Shown in pieces: positions 51,384-60,918 of a stretch of DNA of 64,000 nucleotides (the stretch's first letter is position 1; each line of letters opens with the position of its first letter). This stretch comes from Bacteroidales bacterium (lineage in GTDB: Bacteria; Bacteroidota; Bacteroidia; Bacteroidales; UBA932), in NCBI GenBank assembly GCA_017509685.1, contig JAFWPA010000087.1, positions 768-64,767 of the forward strand. The letters are read 5' to 3'. The notes beneath the pieces are model-generated. The model was not told where the DNA came from and ran no database searches. It saw only the letters and a program-made list of their open reading frames with translations. The translations under genes were made by a program, and so were the position numbers.

Positions 51384-52736
51384 ATGAAAAACACAAAATT
51401 CTTAGTACTTACTTTGCTGGCGGCATTTGCATGCGGCCCCCAGAACAAGCAGGAGCCCGAAAACCAGCAGCCCAACCATCAGCAGCCAGGTGGCGAAAGC
51501 GGTGAGAACCAGAACAAAGATGGCGATGTAACGGTGAGCTGGATGAGCGACGTTACCGCATTCGATATGCCTTGCGACAAAGATACCGTCCGGGTCCAGT
51601 TTACCCTTCACAAAGGGGATGATTACAACCAGGCGTGGACCGCTGAGTCATCGGCTTCCTGGTGCACGGTAAAACCGACCTCCGGGACCGGCGGCGACGT
51701 GCTTCAGATTATGGTGGCCGACAACGGGTCGGCCGATGTCCGTACCGCTACCATTTCCCTGAAATCCGGCTCCAGCGTCTCCACGCTTACGGTGAACCAA
51801 AGCCTGTTTGGCGGCGCCAAGGCGGCCGAACCCTGGTTCACCACCAATTACTGGGAACGCACCGACCGGGAAAAAGCCGGCCTCCGCGGTCCCGTGAAGT
51901 CCATCTATGAAGACCACTACACCACCTTCTATAAATACTATTATGATGAAGCCGGCCATTTGGTAAAAGAAGAGTATCATAATCTGGACGAAAACACGGT
52001 AGAGGAGCGCTGGCTGTACGAATATGACAGCAATGGCCGCCTCGCGAAGAAGGTTTCCGGTGACGGCGTTTTCACATTTACCTTCGAATATGGCAATACG
52101 GGTAAGCTCGTCCCTACCGACCCGTTCAACTGGGTTCCCATCTACGTAAGCGGCAAGGATTACCCGCTCACCATCTTCAAAGACTTGTCGGCCATCCATT
52201 ATTTGGACAACTCACCCTATTATTATGAAAAGGCCGATTATACCTTCGAATTCGGTTCGGACGGCAACCTCACCGTCACCGAAACTTTCCAAAATGGCAT
52301 GGAAGGGCAGCCTCAGGCTTATACCTACCACGTCCAATATGAAAATGGCTATCCTGTGAGCAACAGCGAATATGACATAGCGGCCACTTATGCGTCCAAC
52401 GGGATGCCGCTCACCTTGTCCGAAGAAAACGGGAACGTCCGTTTCACTTTCCTCCCCAACGACAGGGAACTGGTGACCGAAACACGGGACGAGCCCGAAG
52501 CTTCAGGCATGCTGCCGGAACTGTGGTCCCGCTGGAAGTACAACGCCAACGCCGACGTCACAGAGCGCAAACACGCTTTTTATACCACAGACCAGGTGTA
52601 CTGGGACAGCTACGACAAGTACTTCTACGATGCCCGCGGCAACTGGATTCGCCGCACGGAAACCATCGAAGGGGCCTGGCAGAAAGGCCAGCGCATCCCT
52701 GCCCGCGTGGGACGTGTAATCGAATATTACCAATAA
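51384..52736 (+). CDS. Lipoprotein with BACON domain and YD/RHS-like repeats
   Basis: Lipobox AFAC, WTAESSASWC...RTATI...VNQ (BACON), GLRGPVKSI, YDEAGH, YDSNGR, YDARGNW. Confidence 0.8.
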   Translation: MKNTKFLVLTLLAAFACGPQNKQEPENQQPNHQQPGGESGENQNKDGDVTVSWMSDVTAFDMPCDKDTVRVQFTLHKGDDYNQAWTAESSASWCTVKPTSGTGGDVLQIMVADNGSADVRTATISLKSGSSVSTLTVNQSLFGGAKAAEPWFTTNYWERTDREKAGLRGPVKSIYEDHYTTFYKYYYDEAGHLVKEEYHNLDENTVEERWLYEYDSNGRLAKKVSGDGVFTFTFEYGNTGKLVPTDPFNWVPIYVSGKDYPLTIFKDLSAIHYLDNSPYYYEKADYTFEFGSDGNLTVTETFQNGMEGQPQAYTYHVQYENGYPVSNSEYDIAATYASNGMPLTLSEENGNVRFTFLPNDRELVTETRDEPEASGMLPELWSRWKYNANADVTERKHAFYTTDQVYWDSYDKYFYDARGNWIRRTETIEGAWQKGQRIPARVGRVIEYYQ

Positions 52737-52823
52737 TTAATCCGGTTGATGGACCTGGTCCAGCACCTTCATGCAACCTGTAACGCGGAAAAGGCCGAAA
52801 AGCGCGTTGTATTTCGCCGCCCT

Positions 52824-54137
52824 CTACAGCACCAGCGCGCCGCCGCGGTAGAATTCCACCAGACGGGTCTGGTACAGGTACTCGTATGTGGCTTGGACGG
52901 CGTCGGATTCGGCTTTCACCAGGCGGTTGCGGCTTTCGTTGAATTCCGTGAGGGTGGCTTTCCCGTTCTCGTACTTGGCCTGCATCAGTTCAAAGGCGTC
53001 CCGGGCGGCGGCAGTGGCCGTACGTGAGGCTTCCCACTTGGTGCGGGCGGCCACGGCGCTGTTCCACGCCTGCTGGATTTCCTTGTACAGGGTTTGCTGG
53101 ACACGGCGCAGCTGTATCTCCTGGGAGCGCTGCTGCAGTTTGGCGCTGCGCACCTGGTTGCGGGTGCTGAACTTATTGAAGATGGGGATGTTCAGGGACA
53201 GGCCCACGTACTGGCTGAAGTTGTTGCTAAGCTGGTCCCAGAAGCCCTGCGTGCCAAAGGAGGAATAGTAATTGGTGCCCATGCCGGCGCTCAGGGAAAG
53301 GGAAGGGTAGTAGGCGGCGCGGGCAATCTGCACCTGCTTGGCCGATCCGTCCAGCCGCAGCTGTTCGGCGCGGATTTCCGGACGCAGGCCCAGGGCATCG
53401 GCATAGATGTCGTCGGGATGGCCGATATAGACGTCCTCCATCTCTACCTGAGGCCGATGGACAGAGAATTTCTCCCAATCCTGCAGCTCCAGGAGCTGCG
53501 CAAGGGCCAGCAGGGAAGAGCGCACGTTGTTCTGTGCCTGCACCAGGGTGAGCTGGCTCTGGGCCAGGGACGACTTCTGCTGGGAGACCTCGGCGGAACT
53601 GGCCTTTCCGGTGGCGAAGAGGCCTTCCAGGCGCACCACCTGCAGGGAGTCGATGGACAGCTGCTGCCGGGCTACGTCGGCTATCTCGTAATTGTACAGG
53701 ATCTGGACATAGGCCTGGGCCACCTGCACGCGGATGTCGTTGCGGGCCTTTTCCAGGTCTTCGGTAGCGGCTTCCAGATTCAGCTTGGCCAGCTGCATGC
53801 GGCGGGGCGTGGCCAGGCCGTCGAAGAGGTTCATGTTGGCACCCAGGTTGAAACTGGTGCTGGAACTGTTGCCGTTCTCATAGGTATTGTTGCCGCCGAT
53901 ACCGCGGCCGAAGCTCCAGTTCTCGCTGGCGGAACCGTTCACGGAAGGGAGCCAGGCCATGTCGGCGGTGTTCTTGTCTATGCGCTTTCCCTCTACGCTC
54001 ACCTGCTGGGTGGCCAGGGAAAGGTTGTGGTCCAGAGCCCATTCCGTGCACTCCTGAAGGGTCCAGGGGTGGCTGAGGTCCGGAAGGGAGTCGGCGGGCT
54101 GGGTCATCACCGCCAGGGCTATGAGCAGTGCTTTCAT
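52824..54137 (-). CDS. TolC-family outer membrane protein
   Basis: WTLQECTEWALDHN, LNIPIFN, KYENGKAT. Confidence 0.92.
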   Translation of the reverse strand: MKALLIALAVMTQPADSLPDLSHPWTLQECTEWALDHNLSLATQQVSVEGKRIDKNTADMAWLPSVNGSASENWSFGRGIGGNNTYENGNSSSTSFNLGANMNLFDGLATPRRMQLAKLNLEAATEDLEKARNDIRVQVAQAYVQILYNYEIADVARQQLSIDSLQVVRLEGLFATGKASSAEVSQQKSSLAQSQLTLVQAQNNVRSSLLALAQLLELQDWEKFSVHRPQVEMEDVYIGHPDDIYADALGLRPEIRAEQLRLDGSAKQVQIARAAYYPSLSLSAGMGTNYYSSFGTQGFWDQLSNNFSQYVGLSLNIPIFNKFSTRNQVRSAKLQQRSQEIQLRRVQQTLYKEIQQAWNSAVAARTKWEASRTATAAARDAFELMQAKYENGKATLTEFNESRNRLVKAESDAVQATYEYLYQTRLVEFYRGGALVL

Positions 54138-54140
54138 GGC

Positions 54141-55235
54141 TTATTTCTTGGCTTTGATGATTTCCGTTCCGCGCACGGTCTCGCCTTCGGAAAGACCGCT
54201 CTTGATTTCGATGTTCACACCGTCGGAGAGACCGGTTTCCACCGGCCGTTTGTCCCAGCCTTCGGCCGCTTTCACATAGACGAAGGTGCTGTCGCCCTCC
54301 CACTGGATGGCGCTTTCGGCCAAGGTGAGCACGCCCGGCGCCTGCTCCAGCACAATCTCGGCGTTGGCGCTGTAGCCGCTGCGGATGGTGACGCCGGAAG
54401 GAACCTTGACGGAGGCCTTGATTTCAAAGAGGTTGGTGCCGTTGCTTTCGGTGGCCTTGGGGGAGATGTACTCCAGGGCGGCGTCGAAGTGCACGTCCTG
54501 CAGGGCACCCACGGTGATGCGTACGGGCAGGCCCACGTGGAGGCGGCCCACTTCCGTCTCGTCGATGTTGCCGTCGAAGATGAGGTCGTCCATGTTGGCC
54601 ACGGTGGCGATGGTGGTACCGTCGTTGAAGGTGTTGGACATGGTGACGCTGTTACCCACTTTCACCGGGATGTCCAGGATGAGGCCCGATATGGTGGAGC
54701 GCACCAGGGTGGTGCTCCCGCTCTTGTTGGAGGAGGACACGCCGTCGCGCACGATCTCCAGGGTCTCCTGGGCGATGGAACGCTCTTCCTTGGCCTGCTC
54801 CAGCGCCTGGCTCACCTTTTCGAATTCCTCGGCGCTCACCAGGTTCTTGTCGAACAGCTCCTTTTCACGTTTGTAGTTGGTCTGGGCCTGGGTGAGGTTC
54901 ACTTCGGCCAGGCGCAGGCGGCTCTGGGCCGACGACAGCTGGCTCATGTCCGGAATCACCTTGAGCTTGGCGATGACCTCGTTCTGCTGCACGGTCTCAC
55001 CGGCCTTTTTGTACAGCTCGGCCACGATTCCGTTGATCTGCGGCTTCACGTTCACTTCGTCCCGGGGCTGGATTTTGCCCGTGACCACGGTGCTTTTGGA
55101 AATATCGCCCTTTTCCGGCATCACTTCCTGATACTGGATTTCCTTGGGCTTGGACCGCTGGAACAGGTAGGCAAAGGTGCCGATGAAAAGGGCGGCAACC
55201 AGAACGACCATCAAAATTTTACCAAACTTTTTCAT
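54141..55235 (-). CDS. MacA-like periplasmic adaptor
   Basis: TGKIQP, VRSTISG, IDETEVG, GLSDG. Confidence 0.9.
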   Translation of the reverse strand: MKKFGKILMVVLVAALFIGTFAYLFQRSKPKEIQYQEVMPEKGDISKSTVVTGKIQPRDEVNVKPQINGIVAELYKKAGETVQQNEVIAKLKVIPDMSQLSSAQSRLRLAEVNLTQAQTNYKREKELFDKNLVSAEEFEKVSQALEQAKEERSIAQETLEIVRDGVSSSNKSGSTTLVRSTISGLILDIPVKVGNSVTMSNTFNDGTTIATVANMDDLIFDGNIDETEVGRLHVGLPVRITVGALQDVHFDAALEYISPKATESNGTNLFEIKASVKVPSGVTIRSGYSANAEIVLEQAPGVLTLAESAIQWEGDSTFVYVKAAEGWDKRPVETGLSDGVNIEIKSGLSEGETVRGTEIIKAKK

Positions 55236-55250
55236 ATCTGTAACTGTTTT

Positions 55251-56507
55251 TTATTCGTCTCTCATAGCGTCTACGGGCTTGATCTGCATAGCGCGGGATG
55301 CCGGCATCAGGCCGGCCACCACACCCAGAACCGTGAGGAGGGATGCTGCCAGCACTGCCGTGCCGAAGGGCACCTGGAAGGCGGCCTTCAGGATGCCGTC
55401 CTGCGTCATGGCCGCCTCTACACCGGCCAGGATGAGCACGCTGAACACGATGCCTGCCATGCCTGCCACCAGCGTGAGCACGATGCTCTCGGAAATGATC
55501 TGTCCCAGAATCTGATGGGGTGTGGCGCCAATCGCGCGGCGGATGCCAATCTCCGTGGTGCGTTCCTTCACGCTCACCATCATAATGTTGGATACGCCTA
55601 TCACGCCGGCCAGCAGGGTTCCCAGGCCGATGAGCCACACCAGGAAGTTGATGCCCTTGAACAGGTTGTCTATGATGCCGAAGATGAGCTGGGTGTTCAG
55701 CAGGAACAGGGCCTGTTCGTCGGTGGGGTCGAAGTAATGCGCCCGGGCCAGGATTTCCCGTACGCGGGGCGTGAGGTCGCTCATCGTATACCCCGGCTTG
55801 GCCGTGAAGCACAGCATCTGGATGTTGTTGCCCAGGTTATAGGCCCTGACGGCCTGGGTGAGAGGAATGGTAACGGCGTCGGAGCTGCTGCCATTGATGT
55901 TGATGTTGCCTGCCTCCCGCCAGTCCACGCCGATGACGCTGTAATAGGTGCCGCCGATGCGGATGCGCTGCCCGCAGGGGTCTCCGCCCTCCGGGAACAG
56001 GTTGGCGTACACTTTTTTACCCAGCACGCAGACTTTGCGCTCCTGGGCCAGGTCGGCCTCGTTGAGGTATCGGCCATACATCATCTTGGGCGTCTCGATG
56101 TTCACGTAATCGGCCCGGGCGCCCTTTACCACGGCGTCTGTGTAGGTGTTTTCGTTCCGCGCCACGCTCTTGCCCCAGAGACTTACGGTAGGGGTGACCG
56201 TCTCCAGTTCCGGCATCAGGTTCTTGAGGCGGTCCACATCGGCATAGTTCATCTCCCAGGTGCGCCCTTTCTTGAAGCCTTTGAAGGGCTTGGACGTGTT
56301 GTTGGAGAAGGCGATGCAGGTGTTCTGCGCGAATCCTTCGAAGGTGTTGTTCATTAACTCCTTGAGCCCCTGGCTGCCGCCGATGAGGAGCATCAGCATG
56401 AAAATACCCCAGAACACGCCGAAGCCGGTGAGGAAGCTGCGGCTTCTGTTCCGCAGGATGCTGTCCAGGATTTCCCGGAAAGTATCGGTGTCAAACCACT
56501 TTTTCAT
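55251..56507 (-). CDS. MacB/FtsX-like ABC permease
   Basis: GVSNIMMVSVKERTTEIGIRRAIGA. Confidence 0.93.
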   Translation of the reverse strand: MKKWFDTDTFREILDSILRNRSRSFLTGFGVFWGIFMLMLLIGGSQGLKELMNNTFEGFAQNTCIAFSNNTSKPFKGFKKGRTWEMNYADVDRLKNLMPELETVTPTVSLWGKSVARNENTYTDAVVKGARADYVNIETPKMMYGRYLNEADLAQERKVCVLGKKVYANLFPEGGDPCGQRIRIGGTYYSVIGVDWREAGNININGSSSDAVTIPLTQAVRAYNLGNNIQMLCFTAKPGYTMSDLTPRVREILARAHYFDPTDEQALFLLNTQLIFGIIDNLFKGINFLVWLIGLGTLLAGVIGVSNIMMVSVKERTTEIGIRRAIGATPHQILGQIISESIVLTLVAGMAGIVFSVLILAGVEAAMTQDGILKAAFQVPFGTAVLAASLLTVLGVVAGLMPASRAMQIKPVDAMRDE

Positions 56508-57769
56508 TCGGCTCTCAGGGCTTCAATGGGTTTTACTTTTGCGGCTTTCCAGGCGGGGACAGCCCCGGCCAGGGTGCCGGCGATAATCAGGAGCAGGGTG
56601 GCTTCCAGGGCCACGTCCAGCCCCACGGTGGGGTTCACCAGCATACGGATTTCCTCGAAGCCGATGTCCACGGCTTTCTGTCCCACGGTCTTGTCCATAA
56701 TCTCGCAGGCAATCATTCCCAGAAACATCCCCGCGTAGCCGAAGACGGCGGTGATACAGATGCTCTCGGAGATGATGAGCTTGAGGATGGCACCGGGACG
56801 GGCGCCGATGGCCTTGCGGATGCCAAACTCGTGGGTGCGCTCCTTCACGGTGATGAGCATGATGTTGGAAACGCCCACGATGCCGCTCACCAGGGTGAGA
56901 AGGCCCAGGATCCACAGGGCGATGCGAAGGATACCCTGCGCCTTGTTCATCTGCAGGTTTTGCGTGTATCCGTTCATTACCCAGATGCCCTGGTTGTCGT
57001 CAGGGGCTATGTCGTGCATGCGCTTGAGGGCGCCGGTATACTCTTCCTCGAAGGCCTGGTGCTCCTCCAGGGTCTTGGGACCGTTTACGTTGAAGGTGAT
57101 GCTCTCAATCTTGTCGGAGCTGTCGTAGATACCTTTATAAGTGGTATAGGGAATGTTCACGCGGCGGCGGAAATCCCCTTCGTCGGTGTGGTAGATGCCC
57201 ACTACCTGGTAGGAGATGCTTCCTGCTGCAATCCATCGGCCCACCACTTCTTCCGGCTTTCCGGGCATCAGCTCCTTGGCCTGGGACAGGGCGATGACCA
57301 TCACTTTCCTCTTCTCCCGGATGTCCGTGGGATTGATGAAACGGCCGGCGGCCATCTTGATTTTGTTCTGTTCCTGGTATTCGGGCACCACGCCGTTGAT
57401 CCAGCCGCCTACTGTACGGCCTTCCAGAGAAAGGACGGAACTGGTGGAGGAAGTGGTGGTGGTTACGTTCTCGATAACGCCTTCCCAATCGGTTCCCTTG
57501 GTGTAATTTACGTCTTTCTGGTCCAACTGGATACGACGGCGCTCCTTGTAACCTTTGTAGGGTTTGGAGGTGCGCCACCCTTCCACGGAGATATCCAGGG
57601 TAACGTAGTCCTGGATGTTTCCCATAAATGAATTCATCAGGCCGTTGCCGGCTCCCAGCAAAGCGATGAGCAGGAAAATGCCCCAGCTTACCGCAAAGCC
57701 CGTGAGGGCCGTGCGCAGCTTGTTGTTCCGGAGGGAACTGGCTATTTCGTGGATAATCTCTATTCGCAT
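56504..57769 (-). CDS. MacB/FtsX-like ABC permease
   Basis: GVSNIMLITVKERTHEFGIRKAIGA. Confidence 0.93.
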   Translation of the reverse strand: MRIEIIHEIASSLRNNKLRTALTGFAVSWGIFLLIALLGAGNGLMNSFMGNIQDYVTLDISVEGWRTSKPYKGYKERRRIQLDQKDVNYTKGTDWEGVIENVTTTTSSTSSVLSLEGRTVGGWINGVVPEYQEQNKIKMAAGRFINPTDIREKRKVMVIALSQAKELMPGKPEEVVGRWIAAGSISYQVVGIYHTDEGDFRRRVNIPYTTYKGIYDSSDKIESITFNVNGPKTLEEHQAFEEEYTGALKRMHDIAPDDNQGIWVMNGYTQNLQMNKAQGILRIALWILGLLTLVSGIVGVSNIMLITVKERTHEFGIRKAIGARPGAILKLIISESICITAVFGYAGMFLGMIACEIMDKTVGQKAVDIGFEEIRMLVNPTVGLDVALEATLLLIIAGTLAGAVPAWKAAKVKPIEALRAE

Positions 57770-58485
57770 TACTTCATGAGGGGACCGCCCCAGGCGTCGT
57801 GGTGGATGTTTTCTTCAATCTGGCCGATGACGCCGTCCTTGATGTGGATGATCTTGTCGGTCTCATTGGCCACGCCGCTTTCGTGCGTGACCACGATGAT
57901 GGTAATGCCCTCTTCCTGATTCAGTTTTTTCAGGAGTTGCATCACTTCTACGCTGGTCTTGGAGTCCAGGGCGCCGGTGGGTTCATCGGCCAGGATAATC
58001 TGCGGGCTGGTGATGAGGGCGCGGGCGATGGCAACGCGCTGCTTCTGACCGCCGGACATCTCGTTGGGGAAGTGGGAGGCCCACTGGGTGAGCCCCAGTT
58101 TTTCCAGATACTCCATAGCCATGTCGTGGCGCTGGCGGCGGGGAACACCCTGATAATACAGGGGCAGTTCCACGTTCTCTACGGCCGTTTTGAAGCTGAT
58201 GAGGTTGAAGCTCTGGAAGATGAAGCCAATCATGCGGTTGCGGTAATCCGCCGCCTGTTTCTCGCTCAGGTCCTTGATGAGTTTTCCGTCCAGGGTGTAG
58301 GTGCCTGTATCGTAATTGTCCAGGATGCCCAGGATGTTCAGGAGGGTGCTCTTTCCGGAACCGGACGCGCCCATGATGGACACGAATTCTCCCCGTTCGA
58401 TATTCAGGTCAATTCCTTTCAACACGTGCAGCGGCTGCCCGTTGTTGTAGGTTTTGTTAATGTCTTTGAGTTCGATAAGCGCCAT
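57769..58485 (-). CDS. ABC transporter ATP-binding protein (LolD/MacB-type)
   Basis: [26 protein letters not shown]. Confidence 0.96.
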   Translation of the reverse strand: MALIELKDINKTYNNGQPLHVLKGIDLNIERGEFVSIMGASGSGKSTLLNILGILDNYDTGTYTLDGKLIKDLSEKQAADYRNRMIGFIFQSFNLISFKTAVENVELPLYYQGVPRRQRHDMAMEYLEKLGLTQWASHFPNEMSGGQKQRVAIARALITSPQIILADEPTGALDSKTSVEVMQLLKKLNQEEGITIIVVTHESGVANETDKIIHIKDGVIGQIEENIHHDAWGGPLMK

Positions 58486-58604
58486 TTGCCCGCTGTATTA
58501 GTATTCTATTACACTGCAAAGATAGAATGGATTTTTGATACATCCAAATGTTTTTGCAAAAACTTTACCAAATTATTTGTAAATTTGCGCAGTTAATTAT
58601 ACCC

Positions 58605-60917
58605 ATGACGCTAAAACATTTTAACAGATTCTTTATCACGGCGTTGCTCCTCACCGGAGCCGCCTGTTCCCCCAAGACACTTTTATATAAGGACAGCACC
58701 GCCTCTGTGGAAGACAGGGTAGAGGATCTGCTGGGCCGGATGACCCTGGACGAAAAGCTGGGACAGCTGCTGTGCCCCCTGGGATGGCCCATGTATGAGA
58801 AGGTGGGTACCGACAGGGTGCAAATCTCCGACAACTATCGCCAGTTCATCCAGGAACGGCACGGCGGCATGCTGTGGGCCACTTTCCGGGCCGATCCCTG
58901 GACCCGCAAAACCCTGGAGACGGGGCTGAATCCCGCCCTGGCCGTACAGGCCTACAATGCCCTGCAGCACTATGCCATGGATTCCACCCGCCTGGGCATC
59001 CCCGTGATCCTGGCCGAGGAAGCCCCGCACGGGCATATGGCCATTGGCACCACCGTTTTCCCTACCTCCATTGGCCTGGCGGCCACCTGGGACACCGCTC
59101 TCCTGGAAGAGGTGGGCAGGACCATCGGCGCCGAACTGATGGCCCAGGGCGGCACCATCGGCTACGGCCCGGTGATTGACCTGGCCCGCGAACCCCGCTG
59201 GTCGCGCGTGGAGGAAACCTACGGCGAGGATGTGTTCCTTACCGGCGAGCTGGCATCGGCCATGGTGCGCGGCACGTCCTCCAAGGGCGTCATCTCTACC
59301 CTCAAGCACTTCGTGGCCTACGGTATTCCCGAGGGCGGCCATAACGGCAGTCCCAGTCACATCGGCGAGCGGGACTTGGAAGAGAATGTGTTCCCCACCT
59401 TCAAGGCGGCTATCGATAACGGCGCGCTCAGCGTCATGACCTCTTATAATACCATAGACGGCGTGCCCTCTACCTGCAACGAAAAACTGCTTACAGGCCT
59501 CCTCCGGGACCGCTGGAACTTCCGGGGGTTCGTGGTGAGCGACCTGGAGAGCATCGACGGCATTGCCGGGAGCCATAAGGTGGCCCGCGACAAGCGGGAG
59601 GCCGGTGAGATGTCCCTCCGCGCCGGCGTGGACGTGGACCTGGGCGCCAACTGCTTCTCCCTGCTCAAGGAATCGGTGGAAGAAGGCCGCGTGCCCGTGG
59701 CTGTGGTGGACCGTGCCGTCCGCCGCGTGCTGGAGCGTAAGTTCGAAGCCGGACTTTTCGACAACCCTTATCTTCCGGTAGAATCGGCCGCCGATGTGCG
59801 CAGCGCCGCCCACGTGGAGGTGGCCGCGCAGGCTGCCCGCGAAAGCGTGACGCTGCTGAAAAACGACGGCGTGCTGCCCCTGCGGGCCGGTACCCGCATT
59901 GCGCTCATCGGCCCCAATGCCCACAATATGTACAACCAGCTGGGCGACTACACCGCCCCGCAGGACCCGGACAACGTGGTCACCATGCTGGAAGGCCTGC
60001 AGGCTGCCGGCGCCCGCGTGGACTATGTGAAGGGATGCGCCATCCGCGACACCCGTCTGTCCCGTATTGCCGATGCCGTCCAGGTCGCCCGCCGCTCCGA
60101 CGTAGTGGTGGCCGTTGTGGGCGGCTCGTCGGCCCGCGACTTCAAGACCCGGTACATCGACACCGGCGCCGCCGTGGTGGACGAGGCTTCGGTCTCGGAT
60201 ATGGAGGCCGGCGAAGGCTTCGACCGCAGCACGCTGGACCTGCTGGGAGACCAGCTGCCCCTGTTGCAGGCGCTGAAGGCCGCCGGCAAGCCGCTGGTGG
60301 TGGTGTATATCGAAGGCCGGCCCCTGAACAAGAACTGGGCGGCCAGTAACGCCGACGCCCTCCTTACCCTGTGGTATCCCGGCCAGGAAGGCGGAACGGC
60401 CCTGGCCGATGTCCTTATGGGCGGCTACAACCCCGCCGGACGCCTCCCGGTGAGCGTGCCCCGCAGCGTGGGACAGCTGCCGGTCTATTATAACAGAAAG
60501 GTACCCTTCTCCCACGACTACGTGGAAGAGAGCGCACAGCCGCTGTATCCCTTCGGCTACGGACTCAGCTACACCACGTTTGAGTACGGTGCCCTGCGCA
60601 CGGAAGGCAGCGTGCCGGAAATGACGGTTTCCGTGGACGTGACCAACACGGGTTCCCTGGCGGGAGACGAGGTGGTGCAGCTCTATGTGCGTGACCTGGT
60701 GGCCTCCACGGCCCGGCCGCGCAAGCAGCTGCGGGCCTTCCGGCGCGTGCACATTCAGCCCGGCGAAACTGTGACCGTGCAGCTGAAGCTGGACCGCAGC
60801 GCCTTTGAAGTGGTGAATCCGGCTATGAAACGCGTGGTGGAACCCGGCGAATTTGAAATTCAGGTGGGTGCATCGTCGGACGACATCCGGCAGACGACAA
60901 CTGTAAATTACCGGTAA
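58605..60917 (+). CDS. GH3 beta-glucosidase/xylosidase (lipoprotein)
   Basis: RWSRVEETYGED, KHF, GFVVSD, YPFGYGLSYTTF, Fn3-like C-terminus. Confidence 0.95.
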   Translation: MTLKHFNRFFITALLLTGAACSPKTLLYKDSTASVEDRVEDLLGRMTLDEKLGQLLCPLGWPMYEKVGTDRVQISDNYRQFIQERHGGMLWATFRADPWTRKTLETGLNPALAVQAYNALQHYAMDSTRLGIPVILAEEAPHGHMAIGTTVFPTSIGLAATWDTALLEEVGRTIGAELMAQGGTIGYGPVIDLAREPRWSRVEETYGEDVFLTGELASAMVRGTSSKGVISTLKHFVAYGIPEGGHNGSPSHIGERDLEENVFPTFKAAIDNGALSVMTSYNTIDGVPSTCNEKLLTGLLRDRWNFRGFVVSDLESIDGIAGSHKVARDKREAGEMSLRAGVDVDLGANCFSLLKESVEEGRVPVAVVDRAVRRVLERKFEAGLFDNPYLPVESAADVRSAAHVEVAAQAARESVTLLKNDGVLPLRAGTRIALIGPNAHNMYNQLGDYTAPQDPDNVVTMLEGLQAAGARVDYVKGCAIRDTRLSRIADAVQVARRSDVVVAVVGGSSARDFKTRYIDTGAAVVDEASVSDMEAGEGFDRSTLDLLGDQLPLLQALKAAGKPLVVVYIEGRPLNKNWAASNADALLTLWYPGQEGGTALADVLMGGYNPAGRLPVSVPRSVGQLPVYYNRKVPFSHDYVEESAQPLYPFGYGLSYTTFEYGALRTEGSVPEMTVSVDVTNTGSLAGDEVVQLYVRDLVASTARPRKQLRAFRRVHIQPGETVTVQLKLDRSAFEVVNPAMKRVVEPGEFEIQVGASSDDIRQTTTVNYR

Positions 60918-60918
60918 T

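Noticed and set aside
51384-52736. RHS polymorphic toxin
   Set aside because: Too short, with no DPxG cleavage motif, no C-terminal toxin domain and no immunity gene.
52746-53027. 93-aa ORF after the BACON lipoprotein
   Set aside because: It has a TTG start, lies mostly antisense to TolC, and has no motif.
53094-56357. Long antisense ORFs (e.g. 1087 aa here, 849 aa at 3893-6442, 871 aa at 34440-37055, 747 aa at 58683-60926)
   Set aside because: They shadow well-supported genes on the opposite strand, have no recognisable motifs, and are expected from high GC3 codon bias.
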